Notes: generated from the letters alone by a model not told the origin. Shown: positions 38,313 to 51,625, numbered from the stretch's first letter. The stretch is DNA of 64,000 nucleotides from Laetmonice hystrix (GCA_965235115.1 OZ249441.1:6386001-6450000); one strand, 5' to 3'. Translations and numbers: made by a program.

Positions 38313-41300
38313 TGAGGATCTAACAAAATGCACACCCAAGACCGTTCCGTCTTGAACACTGGGGCGGGCTCCGGTGTCAAAAGCTAGCGAATATAAATAG
38401 AAAGAGTCTATCCCTTGCTCTATTAAGGGGATTAGTTCGGGATGGAGTCCTAGGTGAACCAATGATAACAGAGGCTGTTAAGTGGAGAGCTGTGTCAGTG
38501 AATTCTTCAACGCCAAACGTTGTGCCCACAGCAGTGATGTACCTGCAGTAACTGGCCAGATTGGTTGAAGCAAGAAACTATGGTTTGGGACAATCCTGGG
38601 TGTTGAAACGATGGTAATATCGTCAAAATCTGGACTGAACCGCTTCATTGACTTCTTTTAAAGTCAAAAAATATAACAAGTCGAAAATATAACAAGTAGT
38701 CGTGAAAGACCGCCCTGTGTCTCACACAAATCAAGGTACGGTCGTAAGGACGCCAATCTTTCAATCAGACGGTTTCAATATTTTGGACTTGTAGTTTTAT
38801 TAGCTTAATCGACGGTCTACAATGTTTACTAACAATATGCTGTCATGTAGCATTCATATATATATCCCAGGGACTGGGGAATACTAGGAAAGCTGGTTTA
38901 ACACACAGACAGAGACAAGTCATAAATACTTTAACAAAGGAGCTGAAGTCACCAAACACGCTTTGCGGCTTTAGGGGGAAAAGAAAAACTTATCTGGTTT
39001 TTGTTAACTGATGATGTAATGTAACTATGACAGATTCAATATTTACACTTTTCCCGTGTCTAAAATCTCAGTCTAAAATCTTTAGTAGTCAATCAATTTT
39101 ACCAATGTGATAGGATGACAGGTTTATTACTACAAAGTGTAGTTTCCGACAGATATCCTGAGGCAAAAAAAAGCTTTTCAATTTCCCCAATGTCATCAAG
39201 ATGACCATCTTTGGTGCGCATTTCCATGGGGGGTTCTACACTGACTTGACTACCTAGGGATGAGATGAAGAGGTTGAATATTTCTGTGACATGCCTAAAG
39301 CACGGAACACTTCAGTTATCTTCACTAACTACAGCACACTAGCTAACCTGTAACCACGCAACCAGACACTTAACATCTTTAACCTTTCTTACCTCAAGCT
39401 ACTCCGTTATAGAAAAAAGTACTGCAGAATTCGGATGGAACTACAGAAAACGAAGATATATGGACATCACCGAAGGCAAAATACTTTCTTGACAGGGCCG
39501 GGTTATTCTGGATATTTACGAGACATAGCACTGAAATTGACTCCTTCTTTGTGTTTGGTGAACTGTTTTATGAAAACTTGGCGCATCCATGTTCATAAGG
39601 GTAAGAACAACGGTTTGTTGAGAAGTAACAAGCCCTGTTTTCACCAATTCCGTTGTTCACTACTGGCTGCGTAAAGAAATCTCATGGTTTGACAGAACAC
39701 ACTCAGTCACTTAGTGATAGTCCGGAATATTTTCTAAAAGTGGTTTGAGGTTCAGGAGCCATTCTAAACCAGCAGCTGCTCGAGTAGGCAATGTTTACGT
39801 AAACACACACAAAAAAAAGAAAGACATATTTTTCTCCACACATAGCCACAGATGTGCACACCCATTAAAACGCCTTTTATCCGTGCACAGGTGGTGTTAA
39901 ATATCTGCACACAACGGGACAAGCTGTCTTAGGCCGCCACCTCACATTTTTAACACAATGAAAAATTATTATTTCCTCCAAAGTGTATATTCTGAACCAG
40001 TTGCGAATTCAACAGTTTCTTTGCCATTCTTATTTAGATCATCGCACGTCTAACATTATGGATTTAATTATAGGTCAATAATATTTCGAATTTATTCAGA
40101 TTTTCTTTCTATACTGACTCAATCATGAACCATAGAAAAGAGTCTCCTACTGCAAACAGTGAGGAGATCCACGATATTAGTCATAATAACTAATAGACAT
40201 TTAGCAATAGAAAACATGCTAATAGCTCATCAGAAAACCTTCTTCTTGCTGTTATATATTACAGGTATGCATTGCCTGGTAAGTAAGGAGTATCCAATAA
40301 ATCGTCTGGCCTGCGATCAGAACCACGTCGAGTCTCACCAATCTCCCTGGATATCGTGCCGACACCTTTGACCACAAGGTGTCACTCAAGGTCACCCAAG
40401 GTCACCAGTTGACCAGGTGGGGTAGGGGTAGCATGGGCCAGACTGTCGGCGTGTTACATGTGGACATGTGGATTACGACTCCTGGTAGCATTGTCGGCCC
40501 ACCCCTGAAAGGGCCCTCCGAGGGTGAGCCTGTCGGCCTACCACACACGTGTGTGAGTGGGTGGCTCCTAGAAGTGTTCTCCCTGCAGAGGTTAGCCACA
40601 GCTATTAATTGTGCTGAGCAGGCACAAGAGCCAATACCTGGTGCCCTTGAGTACATTTGAGCCAAGTCGGTCTATTGTTTTAAAGATTAGATTACGAGAC
40701 TTGTTGATGGACACCTAGCCCATCTGTATAGGCCTACAATTTAACCTAAGGATTTTTTTAGGGTGGAAGGCATAGGCCTACATCAGATCATGATCAATGC
40801 CATTTTCTGGAATTAATTATTGGTGCTGGGAATTGGTAAAAGCAAAGACATAAAAGTTGTTTAAAAAATGCAAACATCGGGGAAGCAAGTTCAAATATGA
40901 GTTTGAATAGCAAACCTTTTTCGGAAAATAGCCTACCCAAGCAAGGTAGATAAAAGTTTGTTCAACTCCAAGATTGAAGCATTGCACCTTTAGGCCTAAT
41001 TCAAAGTTTTCCACAGCAAGCCCCCAGAACCTTTCCTTGGCCTTTGCACCCTTATAGAACTTACTTGCAAGCATGGAATCAAGCCCTCCAACCCCAACCC
41101 TATCATTTCCAGACCGGGTGGTGGGCATAGACTCTAGAGTCTACAGGGGGCTAATGCCGTAATGGCCTGTCTCATCGCTTTCCATTCCAATTATTAGGCC
41201 AACTTTTAAGAGGAATTCATAGGCCCATGCCTGGGCCTAGATCTATACTAGGTCCAGCTAAATTAATAGGCCTAGTAGGCTACGCCTGGCAGGCCTGCCT

Positions 41301-41441
41301 ACATCTGATTGGAGCCTAGGCTAGGCCTATGAAGTAGGGTATTTAAACTTTAAAAGCGTTCTTAGAAGTTAGAGACGCTTGAATTAGCCTAAAAGTGATA
41401 AAGAGTAAAAGACACTCAATTGTCAGGAAACATGTACGAAC

Positions 41442-41654
41442 CGTTCGCCGACTTCCATCAGGGAGGGTGGCGTAAACCTCGAAGGATTTGTTGCTTCCAG
41501 AATCTTTCCCTCCTAAGTTCATTTTGTCCACCACCGACCGTATCATTTGTTCCGTCACGGATGTTGACCGGCGCTTGAAGAATCGGCCGACCAGCTTAGG
41601 CCGGGCGCCGAGCGAGCCACGACGGGGCCGAGGGAAACCTCCCGGGCCCGACAT
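41442..41654 (-). CDS. Probable first coding exon of an unidentified gene (MSGPGGFPRPRRGSL...SFEVYATLPDGSRRT)
   Basis: CAACATG start in a CpG-rich region, 71 open codons, candidate donors ACG|GTTCGT (41442/41441) or C|GTACAT (41438/41437). A CCAAT box lies upstream near 41872. Confidence 0.55.
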
Positions 41655-42224
41655 GTTGACACGTACACACACCGCTCTTACTTGAAATACGTTATTATCT
41701 TTGTAAGGTTTGATTAATCAGACTGTGCACACGTGTAATCCAAATGTCCACGCCATGTCTGGTGGGGCAGTACTGTTATACCTAACGGCTTCTCATGACG
41801 TCCGATGTCTGTCGTACTCATCACTGAACTAGCACCATGCGCCACCCAGCGTTTGTCTGTGCTCGATACGATTGGCTGCGGAACGGGTCAAGGGGTCATA
41901 CGCTCGTCATGCCCCCTAGCGGAGAGCGTCGGAATCAACACTAACATCAGGTTGGACGGGGAATGCTGTTCTGAAAGTTATCGAGATCAGGTTCTTTTGA
42001 AATTAAAAGATAAAATAATAACAAAAAAACAACAACCTAGCATTACGTTAGACATTCCGCCTACATGTTTAACGGTTATGCTAACCTTTTTAACGACCGA
42101 AAGATGTCTGTGACTATGAGGACTGGACGAACTGTCAATGACGCTTTTGCTGTTTTGGCACGACGAATAGCTACGTAAGGGCCTTCCAAACGCTCTTTGG
42201 ATTCCTAAAAGTTAGTATATGTAC

Positions 42225-42404
42225 AAGAGAGTTGCAGATCCGGGGGGGGGGGGGGTTACGGAGGTTGCACCCCCCCCTCACCTTACTAAGTAATTTTTCA
42301 TTTTCTCTGCTTGAAAGGTTCAAACTAAACCTACCCCCCCCCCCCCAATAGCACCCCCTATTGGTATCCACCCCCTCCTTGGCGCAAACCTGGATCCGCC
42401 CCTG
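42225..42404. mobile_element. Degenerate G/C-tract MITE ending GGATCCGCCCCTG
   Basis: Right end resembles the common CAGGGGCGGATCC-type TIR; left end eroded; similar architecture to 12145-12264. Confidence 0.45.
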
Positions 42405-42566
42405 CAGTAGATCTATGGGCCGAGTGGTCTTTTCTATGGGATAACTTCTCATTATGGGGACAAAAGTTAACAACAACACCCACAGCAGTTTCTTTTAATC
42501 GATTTAATGAATCAATTGATATGTATTATTTCATACATAGCTTGTTTAGCTTAGTGTGTATTATAT

Positions 42567-42604
42567 CCAACAGGGGGCGCGCAACAGATGAGCGCCACCT
42601 AGTG
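42567..42604. promoter_or_regulatory. Pair of oppositely oriented CTCF-like motifs
   Basis: CCAACAGGGGGCGC (+, 42567-42580) and GCACTAGGTGGCGC (-, about 42592-42605). Confidence 0.4.
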
Positions 42605-44230
42605 CCTGCTCCAGACACCCTGGGTTAGCAAGCTCTACTTCCTAAGTCGGGGAGACGAAATAAATTAGTCACGAAGCACTGTACATACTTATAATACAAT
42701 GTGAACGTGTACCATATAACCCGAAATCTTATCCACCCTCTAGTACAAAATTTACCTTTAAATCTCAAAATGTAATGGGGAAATTCTCCATAGGCTAAAA
42801 TGCATGAGCAAATTTTACCAGATCAATTTTTCTGTGTAAGTGTAACGTCTGTAAACGCTATACAGTGTGAACTGGTGTTCTGTATTACATTTAACTAATT
42901 TATGATCTGCCAGAGCGGATGGCTCACATGGATCCAGTAAATTATCTGACAGGAATGATAAAACAAAAATCATAAAACCCAGCAAAGATATCGACATCAA
43001 TGCTCATCAGCTGTTAACACAACCATGTTAAAACCTGCGAACTGTCTGCCGACCATGTGACTTAACGATAGAAATCACCAGAGTTTATAGAATTCCGAGT
43101 GTAAACATTTACACCAAACTGGCCTGCAGTCAATCTTTGAATTACAAATGATACATTTGGCGCCAAAGAATAATACCTTCTGTAGCTTTGGGACACTTGG
43201 CCAAAACATCGCCCACATGGGCAAGCAATCTGTCTCAGGTACACATAAATACCAGTACAAACTTTAGGACTGTTCTGTTATCGTAATTCGATCTAAACTG
43301 TGTTGTTTTTATAATTGGCACCAATGTTTTTTTAGTACAGAGACGGAAGTAAAATATTGATATACCTTACACCAGTAAATGATAAATTCTGTATAACTCA
43401 ACACATCTTTCTCATATGACTGCGCCCTCTGGAATAATTGAGGCGAACTACAATTTATGTGAAAATTCAACAAAGCACAGACAGAATTTCAGTGCAGTAG
43501 AAATTCTGAAACACAGTGTAAGATAAAACATGTTTTCCTGATGTTGAGAAGTTCCCGTTTATTTTGAGATGATCCCCAATAAAACGTGTGGAATCACTTC
43601 CTTTGTACAGACCTGTTATCGTGCTGTGACGTCACAAGTTTACCCGCGCCCCTTCCTCGCCCAATAAAGTTTAGCCATCGATAAAATCAAAACTAAAATG
43701 ATCCATAAATTGATGCGAATCCAGCTTTCTCCTCTAGGTCCAATCGAACCCGACACATTTAGCCAAAAATTATATTTTTTTTCTAGGTTTATTTGGTAGA
43801 GAACTTTCAATACTGGCGTTATTTCTAAAAAGAAAATAACTCGAACTTTCTCAAACGAATACGCTGTAACATATGGTATTTTGCCATTAAGTATCATAAC
43901 ATATAACGATAATTCTTAAGTTACTATATAATGAAAGAAAAAGTCGAGTATTTTTCAGTTATGTTTATAAGAATTAGAACAAGTAATGATGACTTTAGTG
44001 TGGAGCAGTAATAATATAAGTAATTAACTAGGAAACTGTCGAAATATTTTCCTATACAGGTCACACTGGGCAGCATAGCGCTCATTGGAACTCTTGGAGA
44101 CCACTTCTGCTTCATTTTGATAAATTCATTTCACAATATATTCCTTTTACTTTATACACATATATGATTAAGAAAACGCAATTGTTGCGATAACATCTGT
44201 CCTGTGTAAGATCACCGTTACAGCGTACAT

Positions 44231-44236
44231 TTTATT
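44231..44236 (-). terminator. Candidate SHANK polyadenylation signal AATAAA
   Basis: TTTATT on plus, about 420 nt after the stop; other AATAAA sites lie further downstream. Confidence 0.3.
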
Positions 44237-44265
44237 TTCTTTCCCTCCTGGCACCATTCGTGGTA

Positions 44266-44365
44266 TGACGTCACGTGCCTAACTGCGAACTGAAAACGAG
44301 GCCATTCACTGCGTCTCCTAGCAACCGTCACGACGTGTAGCAGGATCACTGCCGCATTGCGCAAT
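44266..44365. promoter_or_regulatory. Cluster of transcription-factor-like motifs (CRE, E-box, RFX X-box-like, C/EBP palindrome)
   Basis: TGACGTCA 44266-44273, CACGTG 44272-44277, GTCTCCTAGCAAC 44313-44325, ATTGCGCAAT 44356-44365. Confidence 0.35.
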
Positions 44366-44657
44366 ATGTACAGAGTTGAACAATTCAACAGAATATCAAT
44401 CTACTTCACCAGACCGCACCGCCGTCTACCGGGCCTCGGCGGTCCAAGCTTTTCATCGTCAAATCGGATCACAAACCCACAATTCTATAAAACACCTTAT
44501 AAACCATTTCTGTCATTTTGGGCCACCTTCTAAACTAAAATCACTTGTTTCTGCATTGTTTTAAATAAAATGTTACGTTTGGTAGTATTCAACATTTCAC
44601 TGTCGGTAAATGCATAAAGTCTTGTAGTTAAAATCTGGGTCAGATGGACGCCGTGTT

Positions 44658-47600
44658 TCACCTGATCATCATGGCCCGTTTGATTGCACGTTCAATGTTC
44701 ATTCTGTCACTCACCTGAGTGACACCTAAAGATATCAGTTCATTCCGTCCCATCTGCACCAGGTGGCGCCCCGTCACGCTACCGCGCGCAAAGTTTGACT
44801 TCAGCCCACCCAGCTGGATACTCTCCAACCAATCACACACATCTGACGTCGACCAGCTCTCAATGGGTTTCTCCTGGAAGCCCTTGGGTTGGAGAACATG
44901 TCCGTAACTGGGGGCTGGTTCTGTGGGAGGAGTTTGGGGAGAGGCATCGAAGCCCATTGGAGGTGGAATAAAGTCATTAACGGGTGTCAACTCTTCATAA
45001 TGATGCTCTGGTTCACTGGTCATGTGAACGTACCCGATCGGAGCGCTCTCTGACGTGAAATCACCAAACCCTGGAGGGGGAGGAGGGGCAGCGTCACTCG
45101 GGTGCTGCACACTAGGTGGCGCACTAGTTAAGGAAGAAATATACGATTGTCTGGGGCTGGTATGCTGCACGTCCTGCTCGTTAGAGGACAATGTGGACAA
45201 TGTGGACAAAGAAGAAACCAAACTTGCGGTTTCTTCATGGTGCGACATGGTTGAATATTGTGAATTATCTATTCCGACTACAGCGTTCATCTCAGCCGAG
45301 TCAAAGAGCGGAGGTGGTGGAATGAAGTCAACCTCTACAATGTTTGTGGTGGATGGTTGTAGCTCCAACTCTTCGTGTCCGACCATTCCCAAGGCTGCCA
45401 CATCACCAGAGTCCACATCAATGGCTGAGTGTGAACCGTTTCTATGTGACAACTTATTGAGAATGGCGTACTCATGATGGGACACTTTGGGCGGGTCGGA
45501 GTTGATAATCCACCCGACTGTTTCATGGCCGTTTTTATTGTGGCCGTTGGTAATGATATCAAGGTCAGAACGTTTGTAATCCATGCCAAACTCCACGGGG
45601 GGCGGGGGTGGGACCATGGGAGGGGGCATGTCGTCACCGAACGCAGGCGGGGGTAACATGATAGGCAGATCAGTCTGAGGCTCACTGGCACGATACACTT
45701 TCTTATTCCCTGAAGGTTTCGGTGCTGTACTCGGAGACCTGCTCGAACCGTTTTTCATGTGGGACTCAAACATTTGGCTGCGCGCCAAAACTGACCGACC
45801 GTTGGGGTCCACTGGTTGCTGCTCAGTATTGGAAGAGTCTAATGTTGCCCCCTGGATTTCTACTGACAGCCGAGCCTCCAGTGTACCGTTTCTATTGTTA
45901 CCATTAGTGTTAACCCCCAGGTCAGCTACGTGCTGACCTGGCGCTGACCGCAACTGCTGCTGTTGTTGTGGTTGCTGTTGGTATCCATTGCCTACACTAC
46001 CATTCGCATTGCCACCCTTCCCATTTACAGGTCCGTCCTGGCTCTTCTGGCGAGCCAGAGCTTTCTGTGCTATAAAGGTGGCCAGGTCGCCCACTCCGGA
46101 CTGCTGACCTCCTGACCCCGGGGGCTGGCCGTTACCGGAATGATTTCCATGTGGACCTGCTCCCTGCACCTTTGTCACATTGTTATTGTCAGCATCATCC
46201 TCCGATTTCTTCTTCTTCTCCTCTTCATCTTTTTTAGTATCCTCCGACTTCTTTTTCCTTTCCAGGGTTTGCCCTGACTTTTTCATCAGCCATTCCTGGC
46301 GGGCCCGTTCGGCCATAGCCGTGAAGTTGGTCGGTTCCGGCGACTTAACCTCCGTGGTGGCCACACTGGACTCTTGAGACGGTCCCACACGGACCTCCGG
46401 CCCTGGAGTACCTACTGGCGACTTCACCTCCTCCGGAGGCCGCTGTGCCTTCTGCTCTCCTTCCATCTCTACCGCTTTGCTCTTAACGACTTCCGTAGTT
46501 GTTACTGCCGACTCAACCGTAGTTTTCGTTTTGGCTGGTGCTGTGACTGGCGAAGTTTTGGGTAACGGTTTGGGAGGATGGTTCCCCTGGTTAGCAAGTA
46601 GTGGCATGGCCTTGGCTGCGGAGCTCGGCGATGTCACTTCCTTGCCTTTGTTACTCGTATAGACAGTGGTCTGTAGTTTCTTGGCTCTCTGGACTCGGTT
46701 CTCGATACTGTCAGCCACTTCAGCCATGTTGGCTGTATCCACCATGTTCCTGCGGCGGGCCACTGCCGCCAAGATGGCGGCGTGTGTGTCCTCTCTCTGT
46801 CGGCTCTCCTCCAGAGACTTCTGTACCTGTGGCGGCACGTGGGACTTTTTCAGTGCTACTGGAGGCGTACTGTAGGACACAGGAGGTGGTGGTCCTGCAG
46901 GAGGAGGTGGAGGTGTCCTCCGGGCGGCGGGAGGTGGAGGAGGTGGGGGCGGTGTCGATGTCTTCACCTTCAGATCGTCCTCCTCTCGCCGTTTCTCGCG
47001 CGCCTCGGCTGCCATCTTGATTGCGTTGCCGAACTCTGAAATGGGTTTCTCTTCCTGTCTTGGACTTGTTAACTGTGGTGATGATGGGACTTTGTTGGAA
47101 TCCGAACTTGTATCTTTGGACCTCCAGTTCTCTCTGATAGAGCGCACTGAGGGCACTTCTGTCTCGACAGACGACCTGTCAGCTGCTCTCTCCTGGTGTT
47201 GACGGTTGACAACATCTGGAGTTTGGTGTCGAACTTCATACCTTGTGTTGGCCTCATACACTGTATCGTAGTCAGGCTCAGGCTCGTAGTACTGAGTTCG
47301 CGGTGGGGTCGGTTGTCTCGCTCGATCCCGTGTAGTTTCAGACGTCATCATAACTGAAGCATTGGGATGGTCACGCAAGAACCTCGCAGCATTCTCAGAC
47401 ACGTGACCGTCTGGTTGGTCTGAGTGCGGACTCCTGGCGGCCGTGGAAGATATCACATGAGGCCCTGACTGGTAGACCACATTCCGGTCATGTTGTGGTG
47501 ACGGTGTGGATACACTATACGGGGAGGAGGACCCAGAGGGAGGCAGCCGGGAGGGGCCCGCCCCTGGAGGCAGGGCGACCGGCTCCTTGTTCAGTTTGGC

Positions 47601-48478
47601 CACCACTCCCGGTCTGAAGCTGGATTCGTACGATGTCTGTCGTTTCATGGCCTGTTGTTCTTGTATTTGCTGTGATATATTGGCGTAGGTCGGAGAGGCA
47701 GTACTGATGGGTACCATTTCTCCGGCAGGGCTGTGATCTCCTGGCGGCTCCGGGGGAGGGTGACTTGGAGGGGGTGGGATCACGGAGGCGTATGGTGGAG
47801 ACGTAGGGGGCCGAGGTGGGGGTTCTCTCGGGTGTGGGGGTATAGCTGGTGGGGTACTGTAACCTCCACTGGACTCATTCCTAGCCTGGCTCGGTCCTGA
47901 CCGGCTCGGGCCTTTCATTGGGACCGCGTACAAGTTCTCGGGTGTGTCGGTGTTGGGAGTCAGGTGATATGCTCCAGTACGCTGGAAAACAGGCGAGTCA
48001 GCTGGAGAATCGTGAAGGTTGCGATCATACACAACCCTGCTGTCAGGCTGGTTACTATCATCAGATAACTCCACCCTCGTCACGTGATGAGCATAGATCC
48101 CTGGACTCTGAGGACTCACAAGGCTTGGAGTACTCCGGGCTCGGGACAGACTTGCCGAACCATTGGCCGGAACTCGTCCCTTCATTCGGGCTACCTTCTG
48201 TTCGGTAGGACTTGCGTATGTTTTTGGAGGAGGCGGGACGACGACAGGTTTGGGCTCTGGAGATGTACTGCCTGGAGGACTGCCTTGACGGGCGAAGATA
48301 TCCTCCAGCTCGAAGGCCGTCAGTCGCTTGCCGCTGTGACGGGACCTGATGGAGGCCGTCTTATTGTTAGGATCGACCCCCCTCCGGACTGCCTCGGCAT
48401 CCAGACCCGTGGTGGTCGGGGGATGTCCCACACTCCGAGTGTCATCATCGTACTGTGCTAACGTCTGGTCAAGTCGTT
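44658..48478 (-). CDS. SHANK: SHANK/ProSAP terminal exon: long Pro-rich disordered region plus C-terminal SAM domain
   Basis: Acceptor TTTCAG|AA at 48479/48478, phase 1; open for 3821 nt to the stop at 44658. Contains Shank-like TASIRSR..LTAFELEDIFARQ, several PPxxF motifs and a C-terminal SAM domain (PIESWSTSDVCDWLESIQL...RMNIERAIK). Joins the upstream exon as ...DSLAEL-E-RLDQTL. Confidence 0.93.
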
Positions 48479-49494
48479 CTGAAAGGACATCACCAAGGTC
48501 AGTTCAAGGTCACATAACGCATGTTGCAATCAGGACTTTTAACATACACCCAGCAACAAATGACATACCTAACACTGTTACATTCACAACATGAAGCCTA
48601 CAACATCGAGAAAAGTGATTTCAAAATTAACTTAATAATGACAACATCTAGGCATTGTACGTCTTACATTCATGCTTTGATCTGAACTATTGATGTTATA
48701 GACAATTGGCTGTGAGGTTCTTGTACAATGTTTCCTGACAACGAGTGAGGATGAATTCAGCGTGATATTGTGACAGTGATCTGCCTGTGTGTTATCATCG
48801 CATTGTTCCTTGTTGACTTCCTTATAATGTTTCTCTCCCAAGCCACCAGATGGCTCCACATGCTCAAACATCCACCAACTGAAGTTCCTCCCCCAAGGTT
48901 ACAAGCAAAGTGACTTATATTTGATAGATTAATTTAAATTTAAGTAATATCTTTAACCGAGACTGAATTAAGGTGACACCATAGCGCGTTGTTGAACCAT
49001 AAAGTTCTGTTGATGTTTTCCAATGCAATAAATACCTCACGGGTAAAGAGTAAAGCACTATAAATATGTCGGGGGTCTTGAGATGGTCTTGTCAGTAACC
49101 AACTACAAGCAGCTTTCCTGAAATATTCCAATTAATCTATTCACTAAGTAGCCTAGAGTCTACTAATAACCTGGTTTGTGGACATCGAAGGAGTTTAATC
49201 GTGTGGCGCCATCTTGTGGTGGAAACAAGCAACAGTACATAAACATTGCCAGCTTCTCCTTAACAACTCCGCTCATAGGGGTCGCTGCTGGAGCGACCGA
49301 CAGCGACCTCTATGAGCGGAGTAGGCAAGGAAAACCTGTCTGTACGTTGACGCTCTCCACAGGTATATTGAAGTCTGCCTTCCCCCTAAGTAGTGTGTAT
49401 CTTCTATCTGACCCCGGTTTACGTCGTATACTTATTTGTAACGTTGGCGCCGTTGTTTGGCGGCGTGACGGTGAAGTTGGAGTATTGTGCATAC

Positions 49495-49593
49495 CTAATT
49501 CAGCAAGGCTGTCTATCATAGATTTGGCTTGGCCTGTCATTGAGGCGGTGAGTGAGGTATGTGGGTGCCGCTTCGGGGGCGCTGGAGCCAGAG
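49495..49593 (-). CDS. SHANK: SHANK exon, post-PDZ linker (ALAPAPPKRHPHTSLTASMTGQAKSMIDSLAEL)
   Basis: CTAG| acceptor and |GTATGC donor; 99 nt, phase 1-1. Peptide resembles the Shank APPPPKRAPSTTL..SKSMTAELEEL segment. Confidence 0.88.
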
Positions 49594-51159
49594 CTAGGAC
49601 ATCAGACGGTACCGCCCATTAGTATATAATGTCCATCATAAACACCAGGGGGCGGGTCGAGAGGCCACTCCTCTCATGGTTGGGGCATGGAGAATGACTG
49701 AGGCAACATGCAACATGCATTGGTGAAGGTGACATATCATTCATTGGTGACGACATCTTTTGTGAGAATATCGCATTGAATGGCATGGAAGAATGATAAA
49801 ATTGACCAATATTCTCAAAACCAGGAGTGAGTTCTCAGGTACCTAATGTGAGAAAAACTTCCATGCCACGGCTAATGCGATAATCTATGGCAGAATAACC
49901 TTATGTCCACGGAACGTCATTGGTAAAGCAAGATTTTAAAACTCCATTCGGATGGGATTTCTCCAGAGAAAGGATAAAGTTATCAAATCTACTATCTTGC
50001 TTCTCCATTGACTGGTGGATGACCGTAGAGTAAAGCAAACATTCACATGCAGATACCAACAGAACCTAGTGGACAGAATAAAGATAATAGTACTTGATCT
50101 ACTCGGGACTGATTACATAATCTGCCGATAACAGATTCCTACTATATCTATTGTCCAAACAGGGTTGGCGACACAGGGGAGTCTTGCCACATTAAAATAC
50201 CAGCCCTTACTGGTCAGATTTTTAAAATAGAAGTTTATAATGATATTATGTCATGCAATTGACATGCAAACTCAATAATCTTACCAAATCACTTAAATCT
50301 TAACCACCTAGACATATACAGAGACAGCAGGTGTAGAAGGATATTCTAGCGAGTACATCTAAAGAAATGAAAACCACACCAAACATGCAATACTGTATAA
50401 TAAATAAAGCGGTGCATTTACTCAAATCAAGTTTTGCGTGTCTGTGCATGCATACATAACTCCTCTAACTCCCGTTAGTATCAAACCAAGCCATGCAAAA
50501 TCGTGCTCTCAGTCTTGTGGGTAAGGTCAGCCACAATTGGGATCGGAGGATCTGCACTTATTATTTGTCAGTCTTACTAGACCTGGGAGACTTGTATGTG
50601 GTAGGAGGAGGAGGTGGGGGCAGCGAACATTATATCTAATTCCACGCCAGGAAAATTTACGAATTAGTTTCTATCATTTTGACTATTCGTTCAGGGTGGA
50701 CATCAGGATGGCATCATCATATCACATGCTGCCACCTGGTGGGACCTTAGTGTACCAAACCATGCTTCATTCCCTAGTCGGTCGTAACCTCGCATACGTC
50801 ATAACGTTGTTCACCGATGTGATCTGTACATGTATTTTTAACCTGGATGTTGTTGCTGCTATACCGTTTTTTTTAAAGTCTAAGACTGGACACTGCAGGT
50901 CATGTCTAATAAAACACTTTATACAACATGATAAGCATCCTACAACTGAGTGCTTATTACTAAGTTCAGTGTATTCGTGAGGTCTAACGGTAATGTTGGT
51001 GTTGTCGGTCCTGGAATCCTCACCTACCAGGCCGTCAGTATTGACCTTCAATATCACGGGACAGTCACGTGCTCATAAAAACGGACCGATCATTGCTAAG
51101 TATTGTCGTCAACACTCGTAGCTTTTGGTAACAGTTAACTAGGCTGGGTGAGTAAGCCC

Positions 51160-51625
51160 AGCATTTGGTGACAGAAGCCAGCATTCAGTGACAGAAGCCA
51201 GCATTCAGTGACAGATGCCTGCATTCGGTGACAGAAGCTAGCATTCAGTGACAGAAGCCAGCATTCGGTGACAGAAGCCAGCATTCGGTGACAGAAGCCA
51301 GCATTCAGTGACAGAAGCCAGCATTCAGTGACAGATGCCTGCATTCAGTGACAGAAGCCAGCATTTAGTGACAGAAGCCAGCATTCAGTGACAGAAGCCA
51401 GCATTCGGTGACAGAAGCCAGCATTCGGTGACGAAGCCAGTATTCAGTGACACATGCTAGCATTCAGTGCCAGAAGCCAGCATTCACTGACAGAAGCCAG
51501 CATTCAGTGACAGAAGCCAGCATTCGGTGACAGAAGCCAGTATTCAGTGACAAATTCCAGCGTTGGGTGAGACAGATGCTTGCATTGAGTGACAGATGCT
51601 AGCATTGAGTGACAGATGCCAACAT
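51160..51625. repeat. 20-bp minisatellite, about 23 copies, in a SHANK intron
   Basis: GCATTC(A/G)GTGACAGAAGCCA. Confidence 0.96.

Noticed and set aside
41221-41252. Helitron 3' end (hairpin AGGCCCA-TGCC-TGGGCCT then CTAG)
   Set aside because: CTAG is followed by G rather than T, no 5' TC end was found, and the region is rich in TAGGCCTA palindromes anyway.
44719-48594. Numerous plus-strand ORFs over the SHANK terminal exon
   Set aside because: Antisense shadows of a GC-rich coding exon.
50767-51057. Extra SHANK exon (VNTDGLVGEDSRTDN...)
   Set aside because: Weak acceptor, no Shank similarity, and the flanking exons already join in phase.
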